DNA of 39,594 bases from a virus (lineage: Duplodnaviria > Caudoviricetes). The notes below the pieces were generated by a model. It made no database searches, had not been told where the DNA came from, and saw only the letters and a program-made list of their open reading frames with translations. The DNA lies in IMG/VR virus record IMGVR_UViG_3300036803_000063, positions 1 through 39,594 of that record. One strand, given 5' to 3'. The position numbers were made by a program, and so were the translations under genes. This document shows, one piece after another, positions 24,093-33,005 of the stretch; the first letter of the stretch is position 1, and every line of letters starts with the position of its first letter.

Positions 24093-25578
24093 GCCCCACA
24101 GCGGCCCACACCCCAGCGTCGAGCTCGTTCGGGCTCTCCAGGTCACCCGGTACCCAGGACGTGAAACCGTCCTCCAGACCAGGCAGGGCCCCCACGATGT
24201 GCGCCCGATGCTGCTCGAACACCCCGGCCACCGGCTCCGCCCGCACCCGCTTACCGTGACTCGCGTGCACGCTGGTGATGCGCGGCAGCTTCGAGTCGTT
24301 CTCTTTCGCCACCATCCGCAGCATGGTCGTGCACAGGTCCCCGCCTTGGTTCGTCTCCACGACCATCGCATCAGCCGCCCAGTCCTCGGCCGACTCGATC
24401 GCCCGCAACGCCCACGCGCGCGGCGACCCCCGCATCGTGTAATCCCCAAGAAAATACAGGTGCGGGCCTTCAACTTTTGCTTTAGCTCCCTGCCACCCGT
24501 GCATCGGCGCCCCACCCAAACCCACCGCAACGATGCCGCACGCGTCGGACGTGTCGTTGATCGTCACCGCCGGGTCGACACCGACCACTAGGCGCCGCAG
24601 GATCGGCACGAGCTCGCCGTCCATGACCCGCGTCGACTCGATCAAAGCCGCCGTGACGAGAGCGCCCTCGACCTCGTCGAGCATCTCGCCTTCGAGCTCC
24701 TGGCGCCCCGTGGTGGTGCCCGCGTAGCGGGTCTCCATCTCCCGCAGGAACGCCGCCGAGAGGTTCGCCGCGTTCTCGTAGGTGGACCCGCGCGTAGTGA
24801 CCACCGACGGATCCCCGCGCTTAGCCCGCTCCAGCAGCTCCCGCAACACCACCGCCGACCGGCGCGGTGTCGTGGTGACCACCATGCGGGGATGGCGCCC
24901 GATCCGCAGCGCCGGCAACAGCGCCTGATCCCACAGATCCTTCTGACCGGGCCCGAAGCTGGACAGCTCATCGAGCCACGCGCCCGAAAGGTTGTAGCCA
25001 CGCAACCGGTCCGGGGCGTCCGCGCTGGCCAGCACGATGCGCGACCCGTTGTGCAGGTGCAGTACGTAGTCGGCTTTGTTGTAGGTCCGCAGGTCTTCGC
25101 CCAGGGCCACGATCAGACCCGACGGCCCCTCGGTCGCGATCTTGCGTGCGTCACCGAACGTCGGGGCTACCACCGCGTAGTCCCCCCGGACGGTGGTAGC
25201 CCACTCGATCAGTACGTTGGAGCCGGTCCACGTCTTACCGAACCCGCGCCCCGCGACAATCACCCAGTACAACCATTTGTCACCAGGTGGCGGGATCTGT
25301 GACGGCCGGGCCAGATGGCGCCAGCGGCGCGGCGCGCGGGGTTCGATCTCCCGCAGCGCCGCCAGGCTCGGCGAAATCTCATCAGCCCAGCCGGGCAGTT
25401 GCTTGACGCCTAACGCGTCCCAGTCCACCCCTGCCCGCCGGCTGGGCGGAGCGAGCAGGTCAGCAGTGGTCGGCCGAGCCGGAATCGACTTTATGTACTC
25501 CAGCGCAGCAGCGAAGACAGCAGCGTCTGGTTCGGCGGCGCCCGCACGGGTGTAGGCGCCCCGGACGGGGCTCGGCAC
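24037..25578 (-). CDS. terL: Terminase large subunit
   Basis: Q motif (ARPSQ), Walker A AGRGFGKT, LRG..L...WLDE Walker B, TTTP motif III, GSTYEN, nuclease VGVDPA and VETNQGG. Confidence 0.93.
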   Translation of the reverse strand: MPSPVRGAYTRAGAAEPDAAVFAAALEYIKSIPARPTTADLLAPPSRRAGVDWDALGVKQLPGWADEISPSLAALREIEPRAPRRWRHLARPSQIPPPGDKWLYWVIVAGRGFGKTWTGSNVLIEWATTVRGDYAVVAPTFGDARKIATEGPSGLIVALGEDLRTYNKADYVLHLHNGSRIVLASADAPDRLRGYNLSGAWLDELSSFGPGQKDLWDQALLPALRIGRHPRMVVTTTPRRSAVVLRELLERAKRGDPSVVTTRGSTYENAANLSAAFLREMETRYAGTTTGRQELEGEMLDEVEGALVTAALIESTRVMDGELVPILRRLVVGVDPAVTINDTSDACGIVAVGLGGAPMHGWQGAKAKVEGPHLYFLGDYTMRGSPRAWALRAIESAEDWAADAMVVETNQGGDLCTTMLRMVAKENDSKLPRITSVHASHGKRVRAEPVAGVFEQHRAHIVGALPGLEDGFTSWVPGDLESPNELDAGVWAAVGLIPALGVKARPPVRVISA

Positions 25579-25584
25579 GTCGGC

Positions 25585-25622
25585 AGTATGCGGAGGGTCA
25601 GCAGTCTAGGAGCGTGTGACAC
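25585..25622 (-). promoter_or_regulatory. Late-type leaderless promoter of terL (GTGTCAC-N25-CATACT-N6-GTG)
   Basis: Same box and spacing as the + strand tail promoters. Confidence 0.55.
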
Positions 25623-25831
25623 GCGTCGAGGAGATGGAACAGGGCTAAGCCCATCGCCTCATCACCCACCCACTCCTGTAGACCGGACAGGGTGATGTCC
25701 AGATCACCCCGCGACATCGCCGCCTCATACAGCGCCCCGGCGGCCATTCCTACCGCCATGCGTCGTCGGGCAGTCCCGGGCAGTCCACGAGGTAGCGTCG
25801 AGCAACAATCAAGTTCATCACCATGAGTCAC
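25598..25831 (-). CDS. Hypothetical protein (77 aa)
   Basis: GAGG-N5-GTG near the VRR-NUC stop; fills the gap before terL. Confidence 0.5.
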   Translation of the reverse strand: MTHGDELDCCSTLPRGLPGTARRRMAVGMAAGALYEAAMSRGDLDITLSGLQEWVGDEAMGLALFHLLDACHTLLDC

Positions 25832-26249
25832 CAGCGCCTCGCCCGTCTCCTGGTTCCCGAAAATCATTACGCCACGCCGGGTCGCCGAGGTGATCAAGCA
25901 ATTGCCGGATGTGCTGATTACTACGTACCCATCCGGCTAACGCACCGGCGGACTGCCAGCGCCGGAGCTGCGCCAACTGGACCGGTGTCGGGACGTTGAC
26001 CTCATTCTTGAACTCGACGACCACCATTCGACCCTCGATGCAACCCATCACATCGGGGGTGCCTCTCGTACCGGAACCGGTCATATGCTTAACAATGAAG
26101 TAACCCAGCGTGTTGAGCAGTGCGACGCCGTTGTCTTTGATCGTGGCCTCGGTCACCGGGCGCGCAGCACGGCGCTTCGATGGCGGCGCGGGCCGCGCGG
26201 TGGCGTCGAGCTCGGCATCGACCGTCATGCCGGCCAGGAAGTCGCTCAT
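25818..26249 (-). CDS. VRR-NUC domain nuclease (Holliday junction resolvase-like)
   Basis: TE..I...GTPDVMGCIEGRMVVVEFK...PTPVQ...W..AGALAGWVRS. Confidence 0.88.
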   Translation of the reverse strand: MSDFLAGMTVDAELDATARPAPPSKRRAARPVTEATIKDNGVALLNTLGYFIVKHMTGSGTRGTPDVMGCIEGRMVVVEFKNEVNVPTPVQLAQLRRWQSAGALAGWVRSNQHIRQLLDHLGDPAWRNDFREPGDGRGAGDSW

Positions 26250-26371
26250 CGCGGCCTCCGATCAACACGGACCACCAGGGTGGGCAACGGGCAGAAGTAC
26301 AGATGGTTCGGGCCGACGTAACACCCGATCCACCAGTCGGCGACATCGATGTAGATCTTGATCTTTTTCAC
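26246..26371 (-). CDS. Small hypothetical protein (41 aa)
   Basis: AAGGGG RBS, GTG start (MKKIKIYIDVADWWIGCYV...), ATGA-coupled to VRR-NUC. Confidence 0.55.
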   Translation of the reverse strand: MKKIKIYIDVADWWIGCYVGPNHLYFCPLPTLVVRVDRRPR

Positions 26372-26382
26372 CGGCTTGCCCC

Positions 26383-26574
26383 TTATGACGTGCGAGAACC
26401 CCGACGGTTCCCACGGAGTGTGACGCGCGCGACCTCGCATGGGCGATCGGAACGGTCGATCCACCCGCGCTGATCGGACGCCAGCAGCAGCCCGCAGCGT
26501 TTACACCACACGAGACCCCCCGTGGTGCCCAGAGAGTCGGGCTCGTCGGGCACGTGCTCCAGTGGCGCGGTCAT
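26383..26574 (-). CDS. Small CxxC protein (63 aa)
   Basis: ATGA overlap with the helicase stop; WCKRCG. Confidence 0.55.
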   Translation of the reverse strand: MTAPLEHVPDEPDSLGTTGGLVWCKRCGLLLASDQRGWIDRSDRPCEVARVTLRGNRRGSRTS

Positions 26575-28277
26575 CGGACCATCAGCTCCGGCGGGATCAA
26601 CGCCGCGCGCGGCACCGACCGCTCCGAAGACCCCAGCACCACGCACGTCTGCTCGGCGCGGGTCATCCCCACGTAGAACTGCCGGCGGGAATTGTCCCGC
26701 GCCCGGCCACCCCGCAACCACTCCTGATAACCCGCGCCGGACACCGACGGCGACAGATACACGCACTGCGCACCCGCGCCTTTCACGCTATGGATGGTGC
26801 CGACCACCACCTTCGGCTCGTCGACCAGCGCCGCCGGACCGTGCGCCTTAGCCACCGCCGCCGGGTAGGTCAGCTTCTCCGGCATGCCCTTCAGCCCCCG
26901 TGCGCACTCCAGCAACCAACCCAGTTCCGGTTCCGTCGCCCGCATCAAAGCCTCATCACTGGCGAACAAGCCCTCAACTTGAGCGATGTCCAGCGTGCCC
27001 GACGGCAGCAGCTTCGCCGCCGTCTTCGCCCCCCGTACGAGACCAGCCTCTTTCACCGACACCAGATCAAGCCACGCCCGCACGTCATCGCCAGTCCACA
27101 GCCGTGACCGGTCACCGAGGAGACGCTCATCGAGCACGAGATAGCGGAACAGCCGCTCGGCCGGAGTCATCCCCGCCGCCGAAGACAGCGGGTTCCACCG
27201 GGATTCGGCCGGACGGTAGTGGTTGCCGAACGGCACGCCGATCTGCTTCAGATTCGTGATCAACTGACGGAGCATGTACTCACACGCCGCCAGCACAAGC
27301 ACCGTGCGCCCGCTGTGCGCGTCCCGTGCGATCGCCTCCGCCGTGGGTATCGCCTCGATCGGGTACGACACCGGGTAGATCTGCCCGGTGACGTCACGCG
27401 GCCGGTAGGGCTTGATCCGCCGATTGCCGCATGCCTCAATCCAGGACTGCGACACCGCGTGCACCGACGACGGGATCCGATAAGACTGGGCGAGAATGCG
27501 GTCGGTGATGTTGACCCCGTCGCCGCTGGTCAGGGCAAGGATCGGCGCGGGATCACCACCACGCCACGCGTTGATCGCCTGATCATCATCTAGGGCGAAG
27601 ATCGTCTCACCGGCCAGACCACCCCAGGCGAGCACGAGCGCCGTTTCCAGCGGGGTCATGTCCTGCGCTTCATCGCTGATGAGGACCTGCGGATTGCCAG
27701 GGGCGCGCTCACCATCCAGGGCCCGTTCCAACGCGATCAAGATCATGTCGGTGAAGTCGACCGCGCTCACCGACCGCTTCCAGCCCTCCCACGCCTGCGC
27801 AAAACGGCGCACCTCCGCTGGCATCTCACCGGCCGGTACTAGCTGCGATCGGGCCATGTCATAGAGGGACAACAGCTCATCACCACTACCTCCCCCCGCG
27901 CCGGAATCAGCGGTGTCCGGGTGTCCCCTGCGCCCGTCGGGGGTGAGGCGCCACTCGAAACCCACCCGCGCGTTCCACTCCCGCAGAATCTTCGGCTCCA
28001 GTGCCACATCCGGCGTACCGATCGCCCGGAAGGCCAACGAGTGCAGGGTGCCGACCTGCCGGTCCGGCAGGCCGAGACCCATGGCGGCCAGTGACTTCGC
28101 AGCGGTGACCGTGAACGAGGTAACGATCACCGAGTCGGGGCCGCGCTCGGCGACCAGCTCCCCGATAGTCCGCTTCAGACTCGTGCTCTTGCCTGTGCCT
28201 GGAGGGCCGTAACGGCGTTCGACCTCACCGCCGGCCAGCAAGTGCACCGTGCCGGCGGTGAGGTTGTCGGGCAGCAT
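26571..28277 (-). CDS. SF1 (UvrD/Rep-like) DNA helicase
   Basis: GPPGTGKS, SFTVTAA, TLHS, DEAQD, DDDQAI..WRG, QSYR, TIHSVKG and FYVGMTRA motifs. Confidence 0.92.
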   Translation of the reverse strand: MLPDNLTAGTVHLLAGGEVERRYGPPGTGKSTSLKRTIGELVAERGPDSVIVTSFTVTAAKSLAAMGLGLPDRQVGTLHSLAFRAIGTPDVALEPKILREWNARVGFEWRLTPDGRRGHPDTADSGAGGGSGDELLSLYDMARSQLVPAGEMPAEVRRFAQAWEGWKRSVSAVDFTDMILIALERALDGERAPGNPQVLISDEAQDMTPLETALVLAWGGLAGETIFALDDDQAINAWRGGDPAPILALTSGDGVNITDRILAQSYRIPSSVHAVSQSWIEACGNRRIKPYRPRDVTGQIYPVSYPIEAIPTAEAIARDAHSGRTVLVLAACEYMLRQLITNLKQIGVPFGNHYRPAESRWNPLSSAAGMTPAERLFRYLVLDERLLGDRSRLWTGDDVRAWLDLVSVKEAGLVRGAKTAAKLLPSGTLDIAQVEGLFASDEALMRATEPELGWLLECARGLKGMPEKLTYPAAVAKAHGPAALVDEPKVVVGTIHSVKGAGAQCVYLSPSVSGAGYQEWLRGGRARDNSRRQFYVGMTRAEQTCVVLGSSERSVPRAALIPPELMVR

Positions 28278-29723
28278 TTACAGCACCCCGGCCAGGGGGC
28301 CGAGGCACAGTTCCTTGCGTGCGCGGGTGACCGCCACGTAGGCGAGCATCGCAGCCGCCCGAGTGAACAGCGGCTCAGCCGAATCGTCGTCGGACTCGCG
28401 CGGCGCGAAATCCTGGGCGATCAACACCTTGTCCCACTCCCGGCCCTTCGCCTTGTGCCCCGTGGAGATGGTGACTTCCGCGTCGACCTCCTTAGTGCAC
28501 AGGCGGCGCTGAAGGGACAGGATCTGGTCGGTGCCGTAGGTCTCCACCAAAGTGACCAGCATCGCGAAGTCGCGCCCATCCGGATCGTGGTTGACGAAGT
28601 CAAGGAACTCGTCCCAGCTGCGGAACCCGGCAAGATCGGGGTGCTTCGGGCGCCGGCCCGCCTTCAGGTCGGCGGCGCCCTGGGCGAGCCGGGCAGCTTC
28701 CCCCACACCACCGACGACAGCGGTCGCCCGGCCGGCTTGCAGCTGGCGCAGCGCGGCGTCGATGACACCCATGTTCGTCCGGCACAGCACGGCGGTGGGC
28801 TCGAACATCTCGTCGACCACCCGGGAGTTGATCGAGTCCAGACCGGACAGACGCAGGTCGGCGTCGAGGTAGTCCAGCCACAGGTTGGCCTGCTCGGCGA
28901 TCTCAGGCCCGAACCGGAAGGACTGGGTTAGGCGCCGGGTCGGCCAGTGCGACCACTTCGCCATGGCATCGACCGCGCCGTTCCACTCATAGAGCGCCTG
29001 GCAACGGTCGCCTACCGCGCGACGTGCGGCGATCTGACCATTGACGACGGCGGCCATGGCGCCGTTAGCGTCCTGCGCCTCATCGAAGAAGATCGTGTCG
29101 AAACGCAGCGCCGGATTGGAGAGCTGCCACAGCTTCAGGTAGACGGCCGGGGTGAAGGTCAGCCGCCCGCGAACGTTGGTGAAGTCCTCCCACGCCCGAT
29201 CGGCCAGGCCGGCGACGTACTCACCCATGTGCGTGTTGTCTTCTTCGGACAGGCCCGGCATGCGAGGTACGTGGTAATTCGAAATGCGAGCACTGCCGCT
29301 GCCGCAGAAGCGGGTCAGGGCGGTGGCAACGAGCTCGGCGACGGTCTGGTACTCCAGTGGCTTAGCATCGGAGTCGGGACCGAACCGCAGGTCACAGATG
29401 TTCAGTACCTGAGCGAGCTCACGGATCTGGATACCACCCATGCGGCATTTGGCAACCCGGCTGCCGTAGCGGCGGATGGTGCCACCGTAGGCGAGGGAGT
29501 GCGCGGTGCGGGCCGTGACGTTGGGACCGAACGAGTCGGCAGCTTCGAGCTGGACGGACTTGTTGTAGGCGACGTAGAGGATCTTCTCTTTCGGTGCGTC
29601 GGCGGCGAGCAGGCGCAGAGTCGAGGTCTTGCCGGTACCCGCGCCGGCTTCGATGATGAGGTTGTGCTCGGTGCGGGCAGCGTCAACGATGGCGGCCTGT
29701 TCGGTGGTGGGCTGGAATGCCAC
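28278..29723 (-). CDS. Second SF1 (UvrD-like) helicase
   Basis: AGAGTGKT, AYN, TAHS, DEAQD, VGDRCQALY, LTQSFRFG, TGHKAKGREW and YVAVTRAR motifs; AAGGAG RBS. Confidence 0.92.
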   Translation of the reverse strand: MAFQPTTEQAAIVDAARTEHNLIIEAGAGTGKTSTLRLLAADAPKEKILYVAYNKSVQLEAADSFGPNVTARTAHSLAYGGTIRRYGSRVAKCRMGGIQIRELAQVLNICDLRFGPDSDAKPLEYQTVAELVATALTRFCGSGSARISNYHVPRMPGLSEEDNTHMGEYVAGLADRAWEDFTNVRGRLTFTPAVYLKLWQLSNPALRFDTIFFDEAQDANGAMAAVVNGQIAARRAVGDRCQALYEWNGAVDAMAKWSHWPTRRLTQSFRFGPEIAEQANLWLDYLDADLRLSGLDSINSRVVDEMFEPTAVLCRTNMGVIDAALRQLQAGRATAVVGGVGEAARLAQGAADLKAGRRPKHPDLAGFRSWDEFLDFVNHDPDGRDFAMLVTLVETYGTDQILSLQRRLCTKEVDAEVTISTGHKAKGREWDKVLIAQDFAPRESDDDSAEPLFTRAAAMLAYVAVTRARKELCLGPLAGVL

Positions 29724-29746
29724 GATGATCTCCTTGACTGGCGGTT

Positions 29747-29790
29747 ACCGGAACACCACAGACACTACCACGTGACACGGAGGGTGTCAC
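29747..29790 (-). promoter_or_regulatory. Early-type promoter GTGACA-N17-TAGTGT-N6-TGTTCCGGT with a palindrome over the -35
   Basis: SigA-like spacing; GTGACAC-N5-GTGTCAC inverted repeat at 29772-29790. Confidence 0.7.
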
Positions 29791-29885
29791 ATGCGAATCG
29801 CAGCCCACACCAACTCGACCAGGAACCACAGGCAGTAGACCGCCAGCAACAGCTTCAGCGCGACCAGCACGCGGGACACCATCAT
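29787..29885 (-). CDS. 32-aa single-TM peptide (not in ORF track)
   Basis: MMVSRVLVALKLLLAVYCLWFLVELVWAAIRM; ATGA-coupled; GAGG upstream. Confidence 0.55.
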   Translation of the reverse strand: MMVSRVLVALKLLLAVYCLWFLVELVWAAIRM

Positions 29886-30124
29886 CCGATCCTCACCCCC
29901 TCCAGGTAGCGCAGCATGGCTGACATCTCCGTAGCGTCCGGACGCTTCCAGAAAGAGCCGACCGCGACGTAGCGCACACCACGCGGCCTACCGCGTAGGT
30001 CGTGAAAATCGCGCGGCCAGATGATCCGGTGAACGCCCAAGCCGTTCTCCTGTGCCCAGACCACCGCCTCCCGGTAGGTCCCCGCGAGCACGATCACCCG
30101 CTCGCCCGGCGCCAGCTCAATCAC
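29882..30124 (-). CDS. Hypothetical protein (80 aa)
   Basis: GTGA overlap and GGAGG RBS; MIELAPGERVIVLAGTYREA... Confidence 0.65.
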   Translation of the reverse strand: MIELAPGERVIVLAGTYREAVVWAQENGLGVHRIIWPRDFHDLRGRPRGVRYVAVGSFWKRPDATEMSAMLRYLEGVRIG

Positions 30125-30423
30125 GGCAGCTCCACCTCCCGGAAGCTCGGATCGAAATCGGCCAACGTAGGCGATGGCCCGTAGGTCGCCACATCCCACA
30201 GCTGCCGGATGGTGCGCACCGCGTCGCGTCGCCAGTACCGCGACAACGGACGCTCGTGACGCTCCCCGGCGGTCCAGCAGTCCCCGCAACCGCAGCAAAA
30301 CACCGTCGGGTCATACCACTCGGCGAAACCGACCACCATCTCCTGACGGCGCTGCTCGAACGGGCAGTACTCGATCCGGCGCCGGTAGAACGTCGTCGGA
30401 CGGTTAATGTGCACGCTGGTCAT
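30121..30423 (-). CDS. Hypothetical Cys-rich protein
   Basis: ATGA coupling; CP...CCGCGD. Confidence 0.65.
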   Translation of the reverse strand: MTSVHINRPTTFYRRRIEYCPFEQRRQEMVVGFAEWYDPTVFCCGCGDCWTAGERHERPLSRYWRRDAVRTIRQLWDVATYGPSPTLADFDPSFREVELP

Positions 30424-30827
30424 GCTGCCTGCATCGCCATCCGGTACGCCTTAGCGTCCGCCACCACCGCCTCGACACACGGCACCGCCGCCGTGCCGTT
30501 ATCCCATTTCGTCAGGAAGGCGTCGTGCAAGCGGTCGAGCAGGGAGTCGGTCGCCGGCCGGTGCTCATAGAGCTCCTCGCCGAGCATGGTGTACGGGTAG
30601 CCGCCACACGCGACCTCCAGCCACCGACCGGCAGCTTCGCAATGCCGACAGGTTGTGAAACGATCCCACTGGCCGTCACACAGGCCGACCACCTCGACGT
30701 AGTTCTCGCCGGGCTCGATCCGGCGCCAACATTCCGTGCACACGTGCGGCTTGCGGGCCCGGCGTTCGTTGCGCCGGTGAACCGTCCACGGCTCGAAGTC
30801 GTCACTGAGCATGCACACCGGGGTCAC
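30420..30827 (-). CDS. Hypothetical zinc-finger protein
   Basis: RARKPHVCTECWRRIEPGENY...TCRHC. Confidence 0.7.
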   Translation of the reverse strand: MTPVCMLSDDFEPWTVHRRNERRARKPHVCTECWRRIEPGENYVEVVGLCDGQWDRFTTCRHCEAAGRWLEVACGGYPYTMLGEELYEHRPATDSLLDRLHDAFLTKWDNGTAAVPCVEAVVADAKAYRMAMQAA

Positions 30828-31116
30828 CTCCGTCGAGAACGACGCCCATCACGTACGGGCACTGGGCGTGAATCCGCTGATGCTCCGCGTTGGACCGGCA
30901 GCCCACGCCCAGTGCCGTGCAACGCGGGCAGATCGCCAGGTGCGTGCCATCGGGGGTGAACACGTCGGCGATGTGTCCCTCACCGTTCACCGATGCCTCG
31001 GGCTTCCACTCGTGTCCACCGAACATGTGGCTACAGGACGGGCACGGTGACCAGAACCGTCCCGTGGCGCCCGCATAGAGCCGGTGCAGCACACGGGGTA
31101 AGCGCAGCTCCATCAC
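30802..31116 (-). CDS. Hypothetical zinc-finger protein
   Basis: FWSPCPSCSHMFGGHEW...ICPRC. Confidence 0.65.
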   Translation of the reverse strand: MMELRLPRVLHRLYAGATGRFWSPCPSCSHMFGGHEWKPEASVNGEGHIADVFTPDGTHLAICPRCTALGVGCRSNAEHQRIHAQCPYVMGVVLDGGDPGVHAQ

Positions 31117-31316
31117 TCATCACCCGCCATCGCCGGGTCCGCCGGGGCGATCAGCGGGTCATCTACCGGGGCCGGCTGTGCCGGCGGGTCAGGCTCCGGC
31201 TCGACGACGGGTGCGGTCACCTGGATACCGCCGTCGGCCTGCTCGCTGAGCAGCCGCGCGAAGATCGGTGTCGACGCCATGACGTCTTCCTCGGTCGCCT
31301 CCTGTTGTTCAGTCAT
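31113..31316 (-). CDS. Small acidic, Pro-rich protein (67 aa)
   Basis: ATGA overlap with the DUF1643 stop; MTEQQEATEEDVMASTPIF... Confidence 0.55.
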   Translation of the reverse strand: MTEQQEATEEDVMASTPIFARLLSEQADGGIQVTAPVVEPEPDPPAQPAPVDDPLIAPADPAMAGDE

Positions 31317-31906
31317 CGTGCCGCCTTCCCAGTGAACGGCACCCGTGGAGTGCCATAGCGCAAATAGAGGGGGTGCTTCGGGGAGCCATCGTTGTTGGTG
31401 CCCAGACAATGCAAGATCCGTTCACCATTCGACAGTCGCACCGTGTTGTGCAGCATTTTCGTTACCTGCGCTGCCCGCTCAGTAGCGAACGGGTGCGAAC
31501 CCCAGGCACACACCGTTGAATCCGCACTGGCCGCGACCTGCCTCAAGTAACGATCGTTGAAAGTCCCGATCGGGTCACCGGGCGCGGTCCACTCATCACC
31601 CAGCGCGACCCGCCGCAGCTCGCTCGGATTGCGCGAACGCCAGGCAAACAGGTTCACCACCGCAATGGAGCCGAAACCCCAGTCTCGAGCCAGGATCATA
31701 CACTTATAGATCGTCGCGTCATTGATTGTCGCGTTGGCTGTTGAGGGGTTCAACATGACGTAGCAGCACGACGGCAGGGCGCCATGCCACTTGCGAGTCA
31801 GCCAGTACCGGTAGACACCAGGCGGAGGGATGTATGCGTCCGCCAACACCGGACCGAAACCGTTGACGACGATCTTAGACGGGTCGCAACTCAATTTAAG
31901 AGTCAT
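31313..31906 (-). CDS. DUF1643 family protein
   Basis: YRYWLTRKW...VMLNPSTA...D.TI...WGFG...VNLFAWRS..P...AWG...PKHPLY. Confidence 0.88.
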   Translation of the reverse strand: MTLKLSCDPSKIVVNGFGPVLADAYIPPPGVYRYWLTRKWHGALPSCCYVMLNPSTANATINDATIYKCMILARDWGFGSIAVVNLFAWRSRNPSELRRVALGDEWTAPGDPIGTFNDRYLRQVAASADSTVCAWGSHPFATERAAQVTKMLHNTVRLSNGERILHCLGTNNDGSPKHPLYLRYGTPRVPFTGKAAR

Positions 31907-32652
31907 GCCGCCCTCCCCTGCACCGGACAGCTGCGCCACACCGGGCAACTGGCGCACGCCGAGCCCGGCCGCGCCACGAACTCGGTATCGGCCTCCGCCT
32001 CACGGGACGTCGCGGCGACCGCGTCACCAGCGGCGCGCGCCTGCTCCGGTCGGATCGGGCAGATCACCGCGACCCCGGCGTTGATCGACGCGATCTCGAT
32101 CCACACTTCGGTCTCGCCGAAGATCCGTGCCGCGCATAGCGCGCCCAGGGCCAGCTGGCGATCGAACGGCAGATCCCGTGCCCTGGGTAGCTCCGAAGTG
32201 GACTTCCAGTCCCGCACGGTGAGCATCCCTCGGCGCCGGTAGAGCACGTCGACACGCATGCTGATCGGGACCCCGCGATGCTCGATCTGGAGGTCGCGCT
32301 CCACGCCGAGCACCTCGTCATCGGGGTACGGGCCGAGCCGGTCCAGGGCCGCGATCACCGTATCCACGGGCTCATCAGTGGGATCGTCTTCCACGCCCAG
32401 CCGCGCGACCTCCGCATCGATCGCATCCATGACCGCCGAGTCGCGGTAGGCCCGCAGTCTTTGACCGCCCAGCCCTCGCTGGTGACATTCGTCCTGCGCC
32501 GAGTAGCCGGCGGCCAACCCGGCGTGCAACAGAATCCCGCGCGCGTTGCCGCTGCCGACGTCGCGGGGCGTGTTCGCTACGCGAGTCAGGTAGTACTGCT
32601 GAGGGCACGCGAGATATGAGCGAGCAGCACTGATCGTCCACCGGCGGGTCAC
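31903..32652 (-). CDS. Cas4/RecB-like PD-(D/E)XK exonuclease with Fe-S cysteines
   Basis: SYLACPQQY, G..LH, E...RVD...DWKS, QL, C-terminal CASCPVWRSCP. Confidence 0.88.
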   Translation of the reverse strand: MTRRWTISAARSYLACPQQYYLTRVANTPRDVGSGNARGILLHAGLAAGYSAQDECHQRGLGGQRLRAYRDSAVMDAIDAEVARLGVEDDPTDEPVDTVIAALDRLGPYPDDEVLGVERDLQIEHRGVPISMRVDVLYRRRGMLTVRDWKSTSELPRARDLPFDRQLALGALCAARIFGETEVWIEIASINAGVAVICPIRPEQARAAGDAVAATSREAEADTEFVARPGSACASCPVWRSCPVQGRAA

Positions 32653-33005
32653 AGTGACACCGCCACAACCTCATCAGAGTCGAACCACTCGTGCACTTCA
32701 TCGACGCAATCAGGGCGATCGACGCGTGATCCTCGATGCGGCAAGGGATGACCGAGGTCGCGAACGCAGCGATAGCGTTGCGGTCGCAGAATCTCGTACC
32801 GACTTTGCGGATAAGCGTAGGGGTGCCGCTGCGCTTCACACAGCGCCGCGCCAAGGTTCGACCGCTCTCCATCCCGGCCGTCTTTTGGCCAGGTCAGACT
32901 GCAATCGTTGCAGTCAAAACCACCCTCTGGGTTGGCGTAGGTCGTTTCACCGCAGTACGAACAGGCCGGAGGGGTGAACTCTAGATCAGCGATCCGCACA
33001 GTCAT
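32649..33005 (-). CDS. Hypothetical zinc-ribbon protein
   Basis: CSYCGE...CNDCSLTW; C...GH...H. Confidence 0.65.
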   Translation of the reverse strand: MTVRIADLEFTPPACSYCGETTYANPEGGFDCNDCSLTWPKDGRDGERSNLGAALCEAQRHPYAYPQSRYEILRPQRYRCVRDLGHPLPHRGSRVDRPDCVDEVHEWFDSDEVVAVSL

